DNA of 64,000 nt from positions 20,838,451 through 20,902,450 of the forward strand of contig OZ316894.1 of assembly GCA_973895155.1 (NCBI GenBank), in the 5' to 3' direction. Source of the stretch: Marsupella aquatica (taxonomy: Eukaryota; Plantae; Marchantiophyta). This document shows positions 13,401-26,684 of this stretch, one piece after another. The position numbers and the translations under genes were made by a program. The notes below the pieces were generated by a model. That model was given only the letters and a program-made list of their open reading frames with translations. It searched no databases and was not told the DNA's origin. Position 1 is the first letter of the stretch. Every line of letters starts with the position of its first letter.

Positions 13401-16400
13401 CAAACTAGCAGCCTGTCTATTTTGGGGAGGATGCACTTAGAGACTACAAATGGTTGGGTCAGTCAAACAATCTCTTTCTGGAAAGGTCATGTTTAAAGTT
13501 TTGTCTTTTTAGTCAAGGGTGGCCAATGTCACCTAGTGTGAAGGAGAAAACAGATGGCAAGAATATTTATTGTCTAATTTTCTTACATTCATTTTGACCA
13601 TTAGTTTTCCACAGGTGAGGGAAACTAGCTAATGTTTTGTGGGCCTGTAAGCTGTGAGGGCGTTGGTTTGTTTCTGGTCTCCCCAGTGGGAAATGTGTTT
13701 TTGTGCAATTTTGAGTGGTGCTGTTGCGTCCCTTCCAAAATATGAGATTTTCCTTGGAAACAAAATATGAGATTTTAGTGACTTCTATTCATTATTTATA
13801 CATATGAATATCATAATATACATATTTTACTGGGAGAAACCTGGCCAATTTTAGCCAAAAGTGTCAAACACATTTCAGGAAAGTTAAGCCTGGATGGACA
13901 GAGGGGTTTGTTTTGCCCATCCCCATGGACTATGACACAGAGTGCTTCATTTTACACCCAAAATCCATATTGTCGGATATAGCAACAGAGTACCTTTAGA
14001 ATGACTCTTCACTTTTGAGAAGGACATCCTGAGTAGCTTTCTAGGTGTCTCAACCAACCATAACATGCTAATTATCAGAAAACTTGTGCATTTATGTATC
14101 TATGTTTCAGCTCAAATTCTTCAGCATGTTCTCTGATGTCCAATCTATCACTTGACAAAGTTTCAATTTTTTCTGAAAGCAGTTTCTCCATTGTCGATGA
14201 GTCAAATATTATAAACTAAACTAACCACCAACGGATATTCACTTTTTTGAAGACAGCACTTAGTACTTGGGCAGGAGCACCAAGTTACCACTTTAAGAAA
14301 GAAAGTTTCACTTTTGTGAAGGATACCCTGAGTAGTTTATGTGAGTCGACTTGCCACGTGCATATTAATGGAAATCTGTTTACAAGTTATATATGAGTCA
14401 AAATTGTGAAAGAGTGCTATCCCAGCAGATTTTGATATCATACACCCCATATGTCATACTTGGATGGATGACATACTTTGATGTGCAAAGGGACCTATAT
14501 GTCACATTTTGATGTCCAAATAGACGGAGACCCGAGCTTCACAGAAAACCCTTCGTCCTTCCAGACTTTACTTTACACATTTCACTGAGGGTGGCTTTAC
14601 AAGAAGTTGAGGGCAGTTTCCACAATTTTTTTGTGTCCAAGATCTGATCAAGGCCATCCATTTGAGAGAAATTGTTGTTGTTCACTTTATAAAACCTTGG
14701 GGGCACTTTCAACCGAACCTGTTACCAACCCTACATGGAATGCAGTGGGGCCCAATTTTTGCTTATGTGGAGCACTCTTTTGTCCTAGATTTTAGACCAC
14801 CTCTCTTGGTGGTCTCTTCTTCTGGCCGCTTGGTCCATTTCTATTTTAAGTCATTTGATAAAAAGGGACCCACAAGTCCTTCATAAGATATTATCTTCTC
14901 ACATTTACAAAGACTTTAGGCAAAGATTACGTGACATTCAGGTGGAGTGAGTCCTCAATCTGTCTTTTAGTCAATTAATCTGGCACCATTGGCTGCACTT
15001 GGCTTTACAAGACTTTGGAGGCAATAAAAGGATTCAAAAAATGCTTTTAGCCCCGGGACACTATATTTAGTGTGTGCAATGGCCCTCCAGTTTGCTTTGG
15101 TAAAAAAAACTCCCAAGTGCGCCCGACGTCTTGTAAAGTCCTCCTGAGGTGAGATTTGACAAATTTTCGCCAATAAAAATAAGCGCTTGTTCTGGGGATA
15201 ATCTATTGGAAATACAGTACATGTAGCGGAGCTAAACAAGCTCGGGTACATTTTATGGAATGCCGCGAACAAGTGGGCCCCTTTGAATGTCGCGGCATCT
15301 ATACAGAGGTGCTTTGCCGCTATCCAATGCGCGTGGAGTTGGCCGTGGCGACAGGTACTGTGAGTTGTCCCTTGTAGTTGGCACAGTTGGCAATGGCACT
15401 GCAACTACTGCAGAAAGGGAATCCGAAGGTGAAGGTGAAGAGTCCCACGCCGTCACCGTCACTCCGTCAGTATTTGGTACTGCGTGGTTGTCAGTTTGCA
15501 CGAATACCACAGTGCCATGTCGGTTCATGCAATAAACCAGCCTGTGAGTACATACGGTTTGCAATTAATATGGGTTTGAATGCTGCGTACAATACTACCA
15601 ATATGTATACAGTTTGGTGCCATTTTCGGGCCCATCACAATTCTAAGTAAAGTTCAGCATATAATTAAGAATTAAGTTTTGCGTCTCATTGACAGAATAT
15701 TTGGGGGTCCTTGCGAAACTTAGAAATAATTTTGTCTAGTAAAAATGATTAATGTATATATTTTTTTATAAAAATTAAAACAAAAGATGAATATTATAGT
15801 GGCCCCCAACAGCGCGTAGAGACTACCAAGCAGGTGACCACCATGTCATGACTAGTAGCCACTAAAGGGAATTTTTTATTGTTTTTATTATTATTATAAA
15901 TTTAAAGGGAATTCTGGGAAACCCCATAGAACGGGAACAATCAATCATAACAATTTAACCCAATATTTATTAGTCACTACTCAAGTGAGTTACCACACAT
16001 CCATGCCTCTTCAGGCAAAACTATGCTTTCTTAGACATACCTCATTCCTTGAGCAAAAGCCTTGGGAGAACCAGTCCAGGAATGGAGCAATGCACTCATA
16101 CTTTAGATAAACATCTGACAAATTAATTTGCAAGAACTTCCTGCTTGTTGAAGGATAGCTTTTGTCAAGGGAAATCTGTGTGAAAGAACAAAAAGTACCA
16201 TTTTACTCAAAAGTGCCAACTTACAATGTAAAAAGAGTAAAGGCAAAAGTGGTCAAAATATGAAAAACCCTGAAACTGAAATGAAAAGGCCAAATGCAGT
16301 CACTCAAAACCTAAAATTAAAAGAATAGGAGAAATAAATATCTACAGTGCTATAGTGTGATGATTGATAGGTCCACATCTAGTGTAGTAACTAAGTTTGC

Positions 16401-18958
16401 AAATGGGAGAAGGATTGACTCTAAGGGGCAAGCTTCTGCTCAGTGTGGAAGCCAAAATTTCTGCTCGCTCCTATCATTCAGCAGAGTAAAATGGTCATCT
16501 TTGAACAAACAAAATTCAACAAAATCCTGTAGCTATTGGCAACTCTTACTGCATGAAGTGCAAAACCAACAAAGGGCGGTTCAGATTAGCATCAGAATTA
16601 CAAGGGAATACTATATTTGCACTAGAGAGGAGAATGCAGTTGGAGGTACCCAAGAGGAAACCAGATTTGAGAGAGTAATAAAGCAGTCTCCACTGAGAGC
16701 AGATTGTGCAACCATACTTAATGCCTTCCACTGTACCTTCAATAAAAACCTTCTGGTATATGTGTAAGGAATAGAATGAGTGACACTAATCCCAGATCTG
16801 TGACTAGTTAAATAAATGCATGCAATTCACTAGATTACTTTCCACATTTAAGGGGGATCTTACAAGAAAGAGAGGACAAGAGTTGAGATGTCAGTTGTGT
16901 TTTGCCCTAATCCACAAGGTCCATTTCGACATCTTGTCAAAAAAGGTGGTCAAGTTATCCTTCTTGGTTTTAGCTTCCTTCCTGGTTCCGGCCCCTCCGG
17001 TGTTAGGCTTGTTGAACTTTGGTCCACCTGTGCCAACCCCTCTGTGAGCCGCCCTTGCTGTTTATATAACAAACTGTGGACCACGCACAGATATATAACA
17101 AACGGCTCAAGAAGCCAAAGAACAAAATGTGCCCAAACCTGGAGACAGAATCTCAAAGGCAGAAGTCCCAAGGAAGGAAGACAAAAAAGCCAAAAGGCTT
17201 GAGAGTCCCCAACAAGAGTACCCCAAATGCAAAAAATAACACCCTACTGAGCTGAAAACTGCAGCAAAGCTCTTAGGCAAAGTGCAGACAAGGTGGTATC
17301 CGGGTGGCATAAGCCAGTGCTAAGCTGGTATAGTGCTTTCCTTATACCAACCAGGTTAAGATATACTGAACACATATGGCCCACAAGGTATGGTATTGGA
17401 CTGATATCAAGTTATGCTAAAAATAGTAATCTCAGATTGACCATAATTATAGGTCTAGAGGTTTGGGCTGGCAGGTTATTTTGGAATAGTACTGGTATAG
17501 GTAAATTTATTGTAAATGAACATTCATAATAACAATTTGAAACCCAAATTAGAAACCCAAATTTGAAACCCTTGGTATCTGTGTACACCCGTCTCCCCTA
17601 CCCCTTAAAACTAATTTTCAGATTGTTTTTTGGTAAATCAATACCTGGTCTACACCTCTATTGGCCAGGTATAGGTATAAAATTAGTTCAAGGGCCCTTG
17701 GTTACCTAAGGATGTTATTCAACACTATTTTTTTGGTTTTGTTTATAGTTACACAAGTCTAATTGTTTTCCATTATTTTTATAGTTACACAAGTCCAATT
17801 GGTTTTCTTTGCCTCATCTCAAACACAAAGAGTCTCATTTGGTTTTTCTTACATAACAAACTATTCTTAGTTATGACCAAGAAACTTGGTCTGGTTACAC
17901 ATGCTTCCACTAATTTTGGAAGGAGCTTCTCATGGGTCCATACCCAGTTAAAGCATAATCTATACCTGGTATAGAAGTGGGTATAGGAAGAGCCAATACC
18001 AACCAGACCAGGTATTAGACAAGGTATAATCAAAATTGATCTCTGGCCCTCTTGGCCCTCGCCATCGAGGCTGACGCAACTCTCCTTACCTAATCACTAT
18101 CATCTTCTCCTGCTATTCTTCTCCTTCCCTCCAGATTGGCTACATAGTGTTCAGCCATGTCCTCTTCCGCTCTCTCCTACCAAGATTGGAAGTGTTTTTT
18201 ATGGCCATTTATAGATTGTTTTCCACTAGACCGTTCATCGATCCTATGTTTCCCCAGTCACTTTTCTCATGATCTGTGTTCCTCCTAGTTTTGTGTACGT
18301 ACACTACGTATCGGGTGAAATAATTGTTTTTGGTGATGTACGTGTTGGGTGTGAATTGCGACGGATCAGACTCCTTTTCTCTTTGAGCATATGTAGGGGT
18401 TGCTGCTGGTCCACTGGGATTGGTCTTCTCCGGCTACCTCTCCAGATGATGCGCGGCAGTCTGGACAGCTTGTCAGTGCTCAACGGCTGTTGGGCCAGCT
18501 AGCTATTTTCTGGGCTCCTCCCTCCAGGGGCTGCCGATAGTATAAGTTTTCATAATTAGGTAGTCTATCTGTTTGGTTCCTAGTTGAGCTCCTTCGGCTT
18601 CACACTCGGTTGGAATTCTTCTTTGGATCTGCTCTCGGTTGCCACCTTCTCCCTCCCCTCGGGATGTCTGTTGCTGCTAGGGGTATCGTTAAGGATCGTG
18701 GGGTGATTCTTATAGTAGCTGGCCTACCAGATCTTGCCACATAAGCAGATTTATATTTGGTAAATTTGCACCGTATTTTTGGGTGTATTTGTACACAGGT
18801 ATAAGATGACAAGGCAGCAGGTGCACGTACCCTAACTAATCTCAGCCATTAAAATTGACGGTCAGATATTAGGCACGGGGAGCTTTTGATCTGGTCCATT
18901 CGATTGAGTCAATCAATGGCCACAATCCTTAACATATTTTTATGGCCGCCCCCTGCTC

Positions 18959-19036
18959 CTTAATGGGGTATTTGAGCTTCCGTATGCCTCCCCGCATACG
19001 CGGGTCGACATACGGTTGCTCTAATATCCCATTAAG
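18959..19036. other. ~78 nt imperfect hairpin
   Basis: cttaatggggtatttgagc pairs with gctctaatatcccattaag, ccgtatg pairs with catacgg, and cccgc-atac-gcggg closes the loop. Confidence 0.7.
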
Positions 19037-19039
19037 AAT

Positions 19040-22000
19040 ATACACACATACTTATTACAGAAAAAGGCCAAATAGAGTACAAAAGAATAAACAAGAGGGG
19101 TCCCAAGAGGACAAAACCAAACGCAAAAGAAGTGAGCAAAAGGAAACCCTAAAAACCAAGAAAGATGAACTAAAAGAAGTGAGCAAAAGGAAACCCCTAA
19201 AAACCAAGAAAGAGGAACTAAAACTACCGCAAATGGACCGAGGTCCTCATCATACCTAGCAAATGTGGCAACAAGCTAGTGGTCTACATCAAGTGTCAAA
19301 ACTAGATCGGCAAGTGGGACAGGAATATCCTCGAGGGGGGCTAGCCGCTGCGGAGTCACACTAGCACCCACTGTCAGAGATCGACGATAGACGGCCCGAG
19401 CTTGAGCACGCTGTAAGGTGACTGAAATGCGTTGGCGAAAGTGCGTGGTCAAAACAGATAGCGGGGGCCCGGTGGGACCCATCCGGCCGTGAACATCCCG
19501 AGCAGCTTGGCGAAGAAGCCCGTCGAACTGATGATGGAGACGCCCAAATATCTCAAGAGCAAGGGGCAGGAAGCTATCAGATGAAGCTCGTGCAGCATAT
19601 TTGGCCTCCTTCGTTGTTGCTGCTCGTGATGCTGTTGCCCCTGCCGTTGTTGCCGCTGTCCCAATGATGTCTTGGCGCAATGGGTTTGCCACCACTACAT
19701 CTGCCAAAGTACGGTGACCGTCACGGACCATGGTAAGATCCACCCGTAACCGCTGTGATGGAGGACCAGGTAACTCGAGCACCACCTCCCGCCGCGCGCA
19801 GACCAAAGAGCCAGAGAGAACCTGAGCAGTCGCATCTCTCACAGCATCGTGAACAAAAATGGTTTCGCCGCCCAAACTGCATCGAAGAAGATGGACACCT
19901 GTGGCATCACAAGGCTTCCCACAAGTGCAAGTAGGAGGTAAACCAGCAAGAAGTGGGTGGGGCAAGCCCATACGAAGACGCATGGCTGTCGCAAACTCCG
20001 TTGAAGACATCCGCAGGTGAGGAATGACTGGATTGGCCTGAAGCCAGCCTCCTGCGCCCTTCCCTCCGGAAGAAAGAATCCGAGCTCGGTCCGTGTCAGG
20101 TGCCTCGGTGAGGATGCTGGAAAGGGTGAAAGCGTGCATACGCCCAGCAAGGCCTGCCTGAAGACGGACGGGGTCCAAGGATAAAAACTCTTGGAATGAA
20201 GGTAACGCAGCTCAAACAGGATCGGGTAATGATGATCGCGCCGTGCGCAAATGAACCTGAAATGGGAGGGAACCCTCCTCAACCTCCATGAGAGATGAAA
20301 GTAAAAAAGGTCGATCCTCAGTAAGGAAACGATCTGCCAACAATGAGAAGGCGGCCGCCCACGCGCCCAAGAAGGCCAAAGGTGCAAGGCGCTCAGTGGA
20401 AGTAAGCCCAAAACCACCGTGAGAAATAGGAAGACTGAGCTGTCGATGAAGCCACGGAGATGAGAGTAAAGTACCTGGCCCTAAAAGAGAGGCCAAAGTC
20501 TCACGAATGGAGACATCAAACGCTCGGAGGTGTAGATAAAGATCCTCGGTAGGGGGATGTGTCCGAGCCAAATAGGACGCACGAGGGTGGATGCATCTCA
20601 ACAACAACCCAAATGCTGCCTGAGAGTCTGCTAACTTAGGGAGCATAGGAGTAGGGGCTAAGGCAGCCTGGAGAGCGTCAGCAATGAAAGATGAGCAAAA
20701 GGAGGCGGTACCGACTGGGGAGCCAAGGACCCTAAGACTGTCGGCAGGACGTAAGAACCCAGGGGGAAGCGCAAGATCAGAGGGTAACCCAGCTGGACTC
20801 CATGCACGACTCTTCACTGGCTGAACTCGTAAACCGAGGCCCAACAAATGGGTGGAAAGGGTGGCGAGGGCAGAAGTAACAGCAACAGGTGGACCAATGA
20901 TGTGGGTGTCATCTGAAAGGGAGGGGAAGATACACTGGGGGTGGGCCGCGGAGGCTTCTCGTAAAGCAGTAAAATGGGCAATGGCAAAAAGAGGCCCACC
21001 CAAAGGGTCACCCTGACGTGTACCTTCTGCAGAAGAAAGAGTGGTATACACTCCTGTAGAGGTGTGATGACTATAGAAGAGGGGGGCCTCGAACCCATAA
21101 AAACAACGGACAAAGGGGATAAGGGACTGGATGTCTGGATCCGCTGCCCTCAAAGCACGAAAAATTGCTGCCCGAGAAACCGTATTGAAAGCATTGGAGA
21201 CATCAACCTGGAGGACAACCCAATCAGGGTGGAGGTCCAAGGTAGTACGAATACCCGCAATAACTGTCTCACAACCGCCAGGAACGCCCACTGCAAACTG
21301 ATGTGGAGAGAGATGATCCGATAGTGCAGAGCGATACTACGATGAAAGTGCGCGAGACACCAGACGAAGAAAAACCTCTCCAATAGCGATGGGCCGAACA
21401 CCCGGTGAAGACTTAGCCATGGCCAATAAACGAGAAGCACTCAAAAGCCGAGAGACGGGAGGAGGTAAACGGCCGGCAGCAATACACTGGCAAAAGGAGA
21501 AGAAAACTGGAAAACCAGACTGAGGATCCTCAGGGGGGAATAAATCACGAAAATGCTCAAAGACATAGCCAGAGGGGCCACCAGCCGTGCAACGCAGAGC
21601 ATGGAGGAAAGCATAGGTGAAGTGGTCCCTACTAAACTGAAGATCCTCCTCAGGCTCAAAATCCTCCACGAACAAAGGGAGCTGATCATAGGGCTGCGGA
21701 TGGAGATCCTGAAGGGCCGTCAAGGTGACCTCGCCAGGGGGGGCTGGTGTGGTGGGAGATAGGGCCTGGACTGCACGATGATATTCACCAGCCTGGGCTA
21801 AACGACAAGAGCGACGAAGGCGTCTGTGCTCTGGAGGATGAGAGTGGCGAGCTGGGTCAGACAAAGCACGGGTAGTAAAGGAACGGGCTCGAAGAAAGTA
21901 CTCTTCCTGAAGCTGTTCCCAATCTCCTTGCAGACAACGATGGATACGAGAGGCAGTCTGACGATGACCCACGCGACCACCGTGACTAGGGAGGGTAAGA

Positions 22001-23660
22001 GTCCACTGTGGAAAAAGCATGAGTAAAGACCAATAGGAGACCTCGATAGGATGCGCCAAGATAAGCTGCATGAGTTGCAACAAGGATGACCGAACTAATG
22101 GGCGCAACGCTAGTGGGATGTGGTTATAAAGGCGAGGTCTAATGTACCCTGGATGGTAGGCTGGAAGGGGGTCTAGAGAGCGAACCCAACTCCATGCCTG
22201 CTCGGAAGCCTCCAAGGAAGGAGGGGCAGAGCTAACTGGGTCAAGAGGGGGCTGGGGCTGGGATTGGGCTTGCTGGCGACGTTGGCACCGGCCCCGCCCG
22301 CGGTGATGAGGAAGGGAGAGGCCAACCCAGCCACACTCAGGACAAGTATGCAGGGGACGCTCGTCTGGGGAGGGAGCAGGGAACGACTGGACAGGAGGTG
22401 GGGGGGGGGAACCGACGTGGATGAAGAGGCCGGAGGGGGATGCTGGAGGGGTGGAGGGGGAATGGGCTGGGGAGAGGAGCCAGGGCGTCGATGGAGTGGG
22501 CAGTAGACTGGGGGGACTGGGAGAACATCGAGCATGGGGTCATCACGAAGATGAGAGAGATCCAATGAAGAAGAGCAAACACGAAGGCGACCACGAGGCG
22601 GGGGGGAGGAGGGGGGAGAACTGTGTGGGGGGGCTGGGCGCTTGCCCCGCGCCAACACTCTCAACGTAGACATGACAGGTCGCAACCCGATAAAAGCAAA
22701 AGCGCATCAAGAAGCGAGAAAAGCCCCAACCAAGACATGTGAAAAGAAAGGGAAGGCTATGGAGAGAGCCCACCGCGTCAAAATCCGAGAAGCGGCGCCA
22801 CCGCTAGCCTAGAAAACCGTTGAGCACGTGCAGGCACAGTCGGGAACAAAGTTGGAGCTCTCGTCGATGTGTCCGTTGAGGAGTCGATGCGAGTGAATAT
22901 CTCTTCGCTGATTTGAGCGTGCTGCTACAGCTCCCAAAGATGGTGGAATGCAAACTGGTCCACTAAACTTGGCAAAAACCACCTTGTCAGAACTGAAGAA
23001 GAAAGGCAACCACCAATCGGAGGAGAAACGTGGCAAGACAGGAATGCTCCAAAGCTGATCAAGGGAAACCGGCACCAAAAATGGAGGAGTAAATCAGAAT
23101 CGTAATCGGAGCCGAAAGTGGTTGATATGTCACCAAAAGGACCGCGGTAGGGATAGATGGTGCACTCCCGTACAAGAGCTGGCCAAATCACATGAGAATG
23201 CCGGATTCCGTGAACGAGGAACTGCTACAGGACCCCAAAGCTAATTGAAAGTGAGAACGGTGGAAATTGAAGAAAAAACGTGAGAGCTAATCAAAGTCCA
23301 ATCGGGGCAATAGGAGACCAATTGGACCGCTCTTGGGATCAATCTGATGCTCCCGGAGAAGAGCTATACAAACCACTTGAGAAATCTGAAATCCGTGAAA
23401 GATAGACCGAGATATGACCGTCGAAAGGAAGACGAAAATCGCAGAAAAACGACTGAAAAACGACGAAAACGAATGTGACCATAAGTATGTTGATACGGCA
23501 CTGTTTTGGACGTGTTTGATATCGATTTGATGCGCCTCGGCAAGAGCAAGCTAATGCAATTGAGAAAACTGAGTGCGGGAGGGTAGTCAAAGTGGCGCGA
23601 AAACTGTGCTACAGTCTGAACTCCATAGCCAGGAGCTCAAAGACCTAAGACATGACGAGA
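19040..23660 (-). mobile_element. Non-LTR retrotransposon with RT and C-terminal restriction-like endonuclease (CRE-like clade), recently inactivated; ends approximate
   Basis: ORFs 21337-22215, 20212-21291 and 19276-20178 share one frame. Motifs: RPIAIGEVFLRL, QFAVGVPGGCE, DVSNAFN, GTRQGDPLGGPLF, LSDDTHIIG, QLSLPISHGGFGL, CTCG..C...H...C knuckle, HDAVRD, RVDL...DVVV, K..KY, FLPLALEIFG. N-terminal CPEC...HH....C zinc finger. T-rich 3' UTR with a 47 bp duplication (19125-19220). Confidence 0.88.
19276..22673 (-). pseudogene. Single long ORF of the CRE-like element (zinc finger, RT, RLE) with two in-frame stops and a probable frameshift
   Basis: TAG at 21337-21339 (RALSS*YRSALSDHLSPHQFAVG) and TGA at 20212-20214 (DPV*AALPSFQEFLSLDPVR). 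A frameshift in the G homopolymer near 22400-22409 would link ATG 22673 (MSTLRVLARGKRP...) to the main frame. Confidence 0.82.
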
Positions 23661-23699
23661 CCGTAAACATATACGTTTGCTTCCGACTATCCACTCGGA

Positions 23700-24771
23700 G
23701 GCTTTGAGGGACGGTACCCATAGCGCCGCTCATTTGTCAGGGTCGCCCAGTCTTTCCCTACACTTGGTTTATTTCACCCAGTTATCCGGCTTTCTCTTCT
23801 CCTCTCCAGACTTTTGGAGGAGCACATTTTGTTCATTACCCGACCCAGATTTTACCCAGCCCTCCAGCATTCTTTGCTCCTCAACGCACATTCGGAGGAA
23901 ATATTTTGTTCATAATCACAAGAAGGCTTGGTGACTCTCTTAATTACGGAGTCAGGATATCTAGTTCTGAGGAGGTGGGCCCGGTTTGACGACGAGGGGT
24001 TCTTATAGTTGGTGCTACTTGATGGCACAGCGGAAACAAGCAATTGGTGGGGATTTGGCCATTGGATGGATTCTTCTCCAAAATTGCTGACAGAGCATCG
24101 TTCGGTTGGCGAAGTATATATGTTGGGAGATTTTTCAGAGTAAGGAGCTGTTGTCAGGGTGGTCTCCATGGCGTCCTGGGGTTGTGGCGGATACTGATGT
24201 GTCCCCGCCATCCGGTGGTGGGCCAAATTCTATGAGGATGGGTTCATCCTGGTGGGAAATAAGCAAGCCCTGCTTATGACAAGCTTTTGGTGGGGTATTG
24301 GCCATTTGGAAGGGATTTTTCTCCGGATCTGGTTAGGAAAATGGAATACTGTGATTGGCTAGGAGGGAGGCGTGGAATTATGATTTGGGGAGTTGCTGAT
24401 GGGGTGGATATAGAGGTTTACTGAGGAGGTGGATGGTGGTGGCTTCTTGACAGATCAGAGTGAGATCTCCGGTCTTGGGTGCAGCACTTGGTTGTTTTGG
24501 TCATCTAGTATGATAGTATGATAGGTTAGTTGGCAGTATTCTGCTTCTTGTGGCTTCCTCTCCTTTCTTTCCTGCCTCCTTCTATTAGGCGGATGGATTG
24601 GAAGTTCTCCTCTTATGTTTCTCTGGGGGTGCTCCCTCTATTTTGCCCCCTTTTTTTTGGTCTTTTTTCTCTCCTGTCTCCTCCTTTCAGACAGGCTTGT
24701 TGTTCTGGGTCCTTTCCATGAATAAATTTTGGCATCGGCCTTTGCTTTAAAAAAATAAAAAAATAAAAAAA
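23700..24771 (+). mobile_element. Possible degraded 3' end of an older LINE with an A-rich tail
   Basis: Broken Trp/Gly-rich reading frames, a pyrimidine-rich 3' UTR-like tract (24540-24720), AATAAA at 24721 and an A-rich tail at 24749-24771. No diagnostic domain is intact. Confidence 0.3.
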
Positions 24772-26684
24772 TTGATACCAGCTGCTAGGCCAGTTACTAC
24801 CTTACCTTTACTGGACAGCTCTTGGACTAGCCTTCCAACACGTGTAACAAATTTTTTGCAAAAGCACAGTCGATCGAGTGTACGCATCTTTGCTAAATAA
24901 TGCCGCAAACCCCACTGCAGAGAAAATTGTGTAAGGCCTAAGTTTTGGCCAAAACTATTGTAGAACTCATTTATTATAAGCTTCTTTGCCAAATAAGGCA
25001 GCGAGCCCAACACTGCAGAGAAAATTGTGTAAGGTCTAAGGTTTGGCCAAAACTAGACTCTCCACATAAGGATTATAGGGGATCCAGTTCACACGAGGTA
25101 GGATTGTGAGAAGTCGAGTACAGGTGAAGACTCAACTTTATGTCCTGTTGTATGTAAAGTCGAAGTGACTTGCGTGGGGTCCCCTTGGCTAGTTTTTCCT
25201 GGGGTCTTTCCTTTCATTCCTTCCGTTGCTTTGTCGTTCCGATCATGTCTCCAGGTTTGACGTTTTTGCCCTTGGGCACTATGATGTATACTTGGTAAAG
25301 CACAATTGTGATTAAAAACTGAGAATAAAATATTGGAAGCTATGGCTCAATTGCTGTCCGTGTAGAGTAGGAGTTTCGTGAGGGAGTGGGGTCAAGGGTG
25401 ATAGTCCCCACCGCAACATTAAAGACCCGCCTTTGCCAATTTTCAACTTTTTGCCCCTTCCCAACTATCCTGGCGCAAAATATCTAAAGTTGAAAATTAA
25501 ATCTGGTCAAATGCGTGTCCACTGTAGATATATCCCAGTGGATGCTAGTGTAGAGAACAAGGGACCCAGTGGCGCAGTGGCTTTCCAGAACTGTGCCTAC
25601 AACAGAAAACGCTTCATGGGATGGTGGGGACATTTATATATGGCCAAAAGTAAACATGGACGTGGGGACATTTATATATGGCCAAAAGTAAACAAGTGCC
25701 AAACATGGGGATAGGATCGGAAAGTGAGGAGAACCAATAAAGGGAACGAAACAAAGGAAAAAGTTGACTATTTCAAAGTTGACTATTTCAAAGTTGACAA
25801 AGAGTTCCAATGAAGGAAGGGGGGTGGGGAACAAAGTGAAAACCAAAGACCCAACAAGCTGCTGCTGTACCTATAATAAATAAAACCCTGCTAAGTTCGT
25901 TTTCTTCGAGGTATTAGCATATTATTCGTTTGTCTTTCTCTCATGGGCAAATCAAAAATTGTTTTTGATTTGATCGTAAGATACAGATCCAACCAAGGGG
26001 AGGGAAACAACGGAAACAACCAGAAAGTTCAGTATCCCAAATAAAGAGGCCCAATAAAGGGGCTTTAGAACACAGAAAAGCCAAAGCGCCGAAGCCCTCG
26101 GAACTCCGAACTGAACAACAAAAATTTATTAACATGCACAGACGAGTCACGCGGTTTTTTTTTTCAGATTGCCACGTTGCTACTTCCGATCGTTCCACAT
26201 GGCAACGGTGCTACTTCGGGTCTTTCATTGCCGTGTGCTGCAATAGTTTCGGATCGGGGTCCATCTCCTGTCGACCACCAGGGTCCATTGAGCCGCTCGA
26301 TAAATGTTCCGATTAACTTCGTCTCCTCTGGGGAAATAGCACGTCTAATCGATCGAGTGTTGTGCATAGATGATGTAGAATCCCCCTTATTGGTACACGG
26401 GCTTCCACAAGTTCGTCTACGACATCTTCTGCCAAGGAACAATCTCCTGAGAAATACTCAGTGAGAAGGCTCGAGTTTTGGTTAATTACTTAGTTTGGAG
26501 TAGGGGAGGAAATCTGCGGGAAACGAAGAAGTGAGGTATCGACTTGAACTTAGATAAGGCACAAGCACAGGCGGGCACAGGTGGGGACCGTGTTCACAGT
26601 TTCTCTACAGACTTTAGATCCGGCAGGCAGTTAATTGGGCAGCTGCATCCGAGGGAATTTTCGAGGGACTTAGGCACAACAACG

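Noticed and set aside
12950-17250. Possible degraded DNA-transposon coding remnants (also 34600-36450)
   Set aside because: No catalytic motif or terminal repeats could be identified by eye.
20212-21339. Stop codons repaired by U-to-C RNA editing or an alternative genetic code
   Set aside because: U-to-C editing is an organellar process in plants, and neighbouring nuclear genes terminate at TGA or TAA normally.
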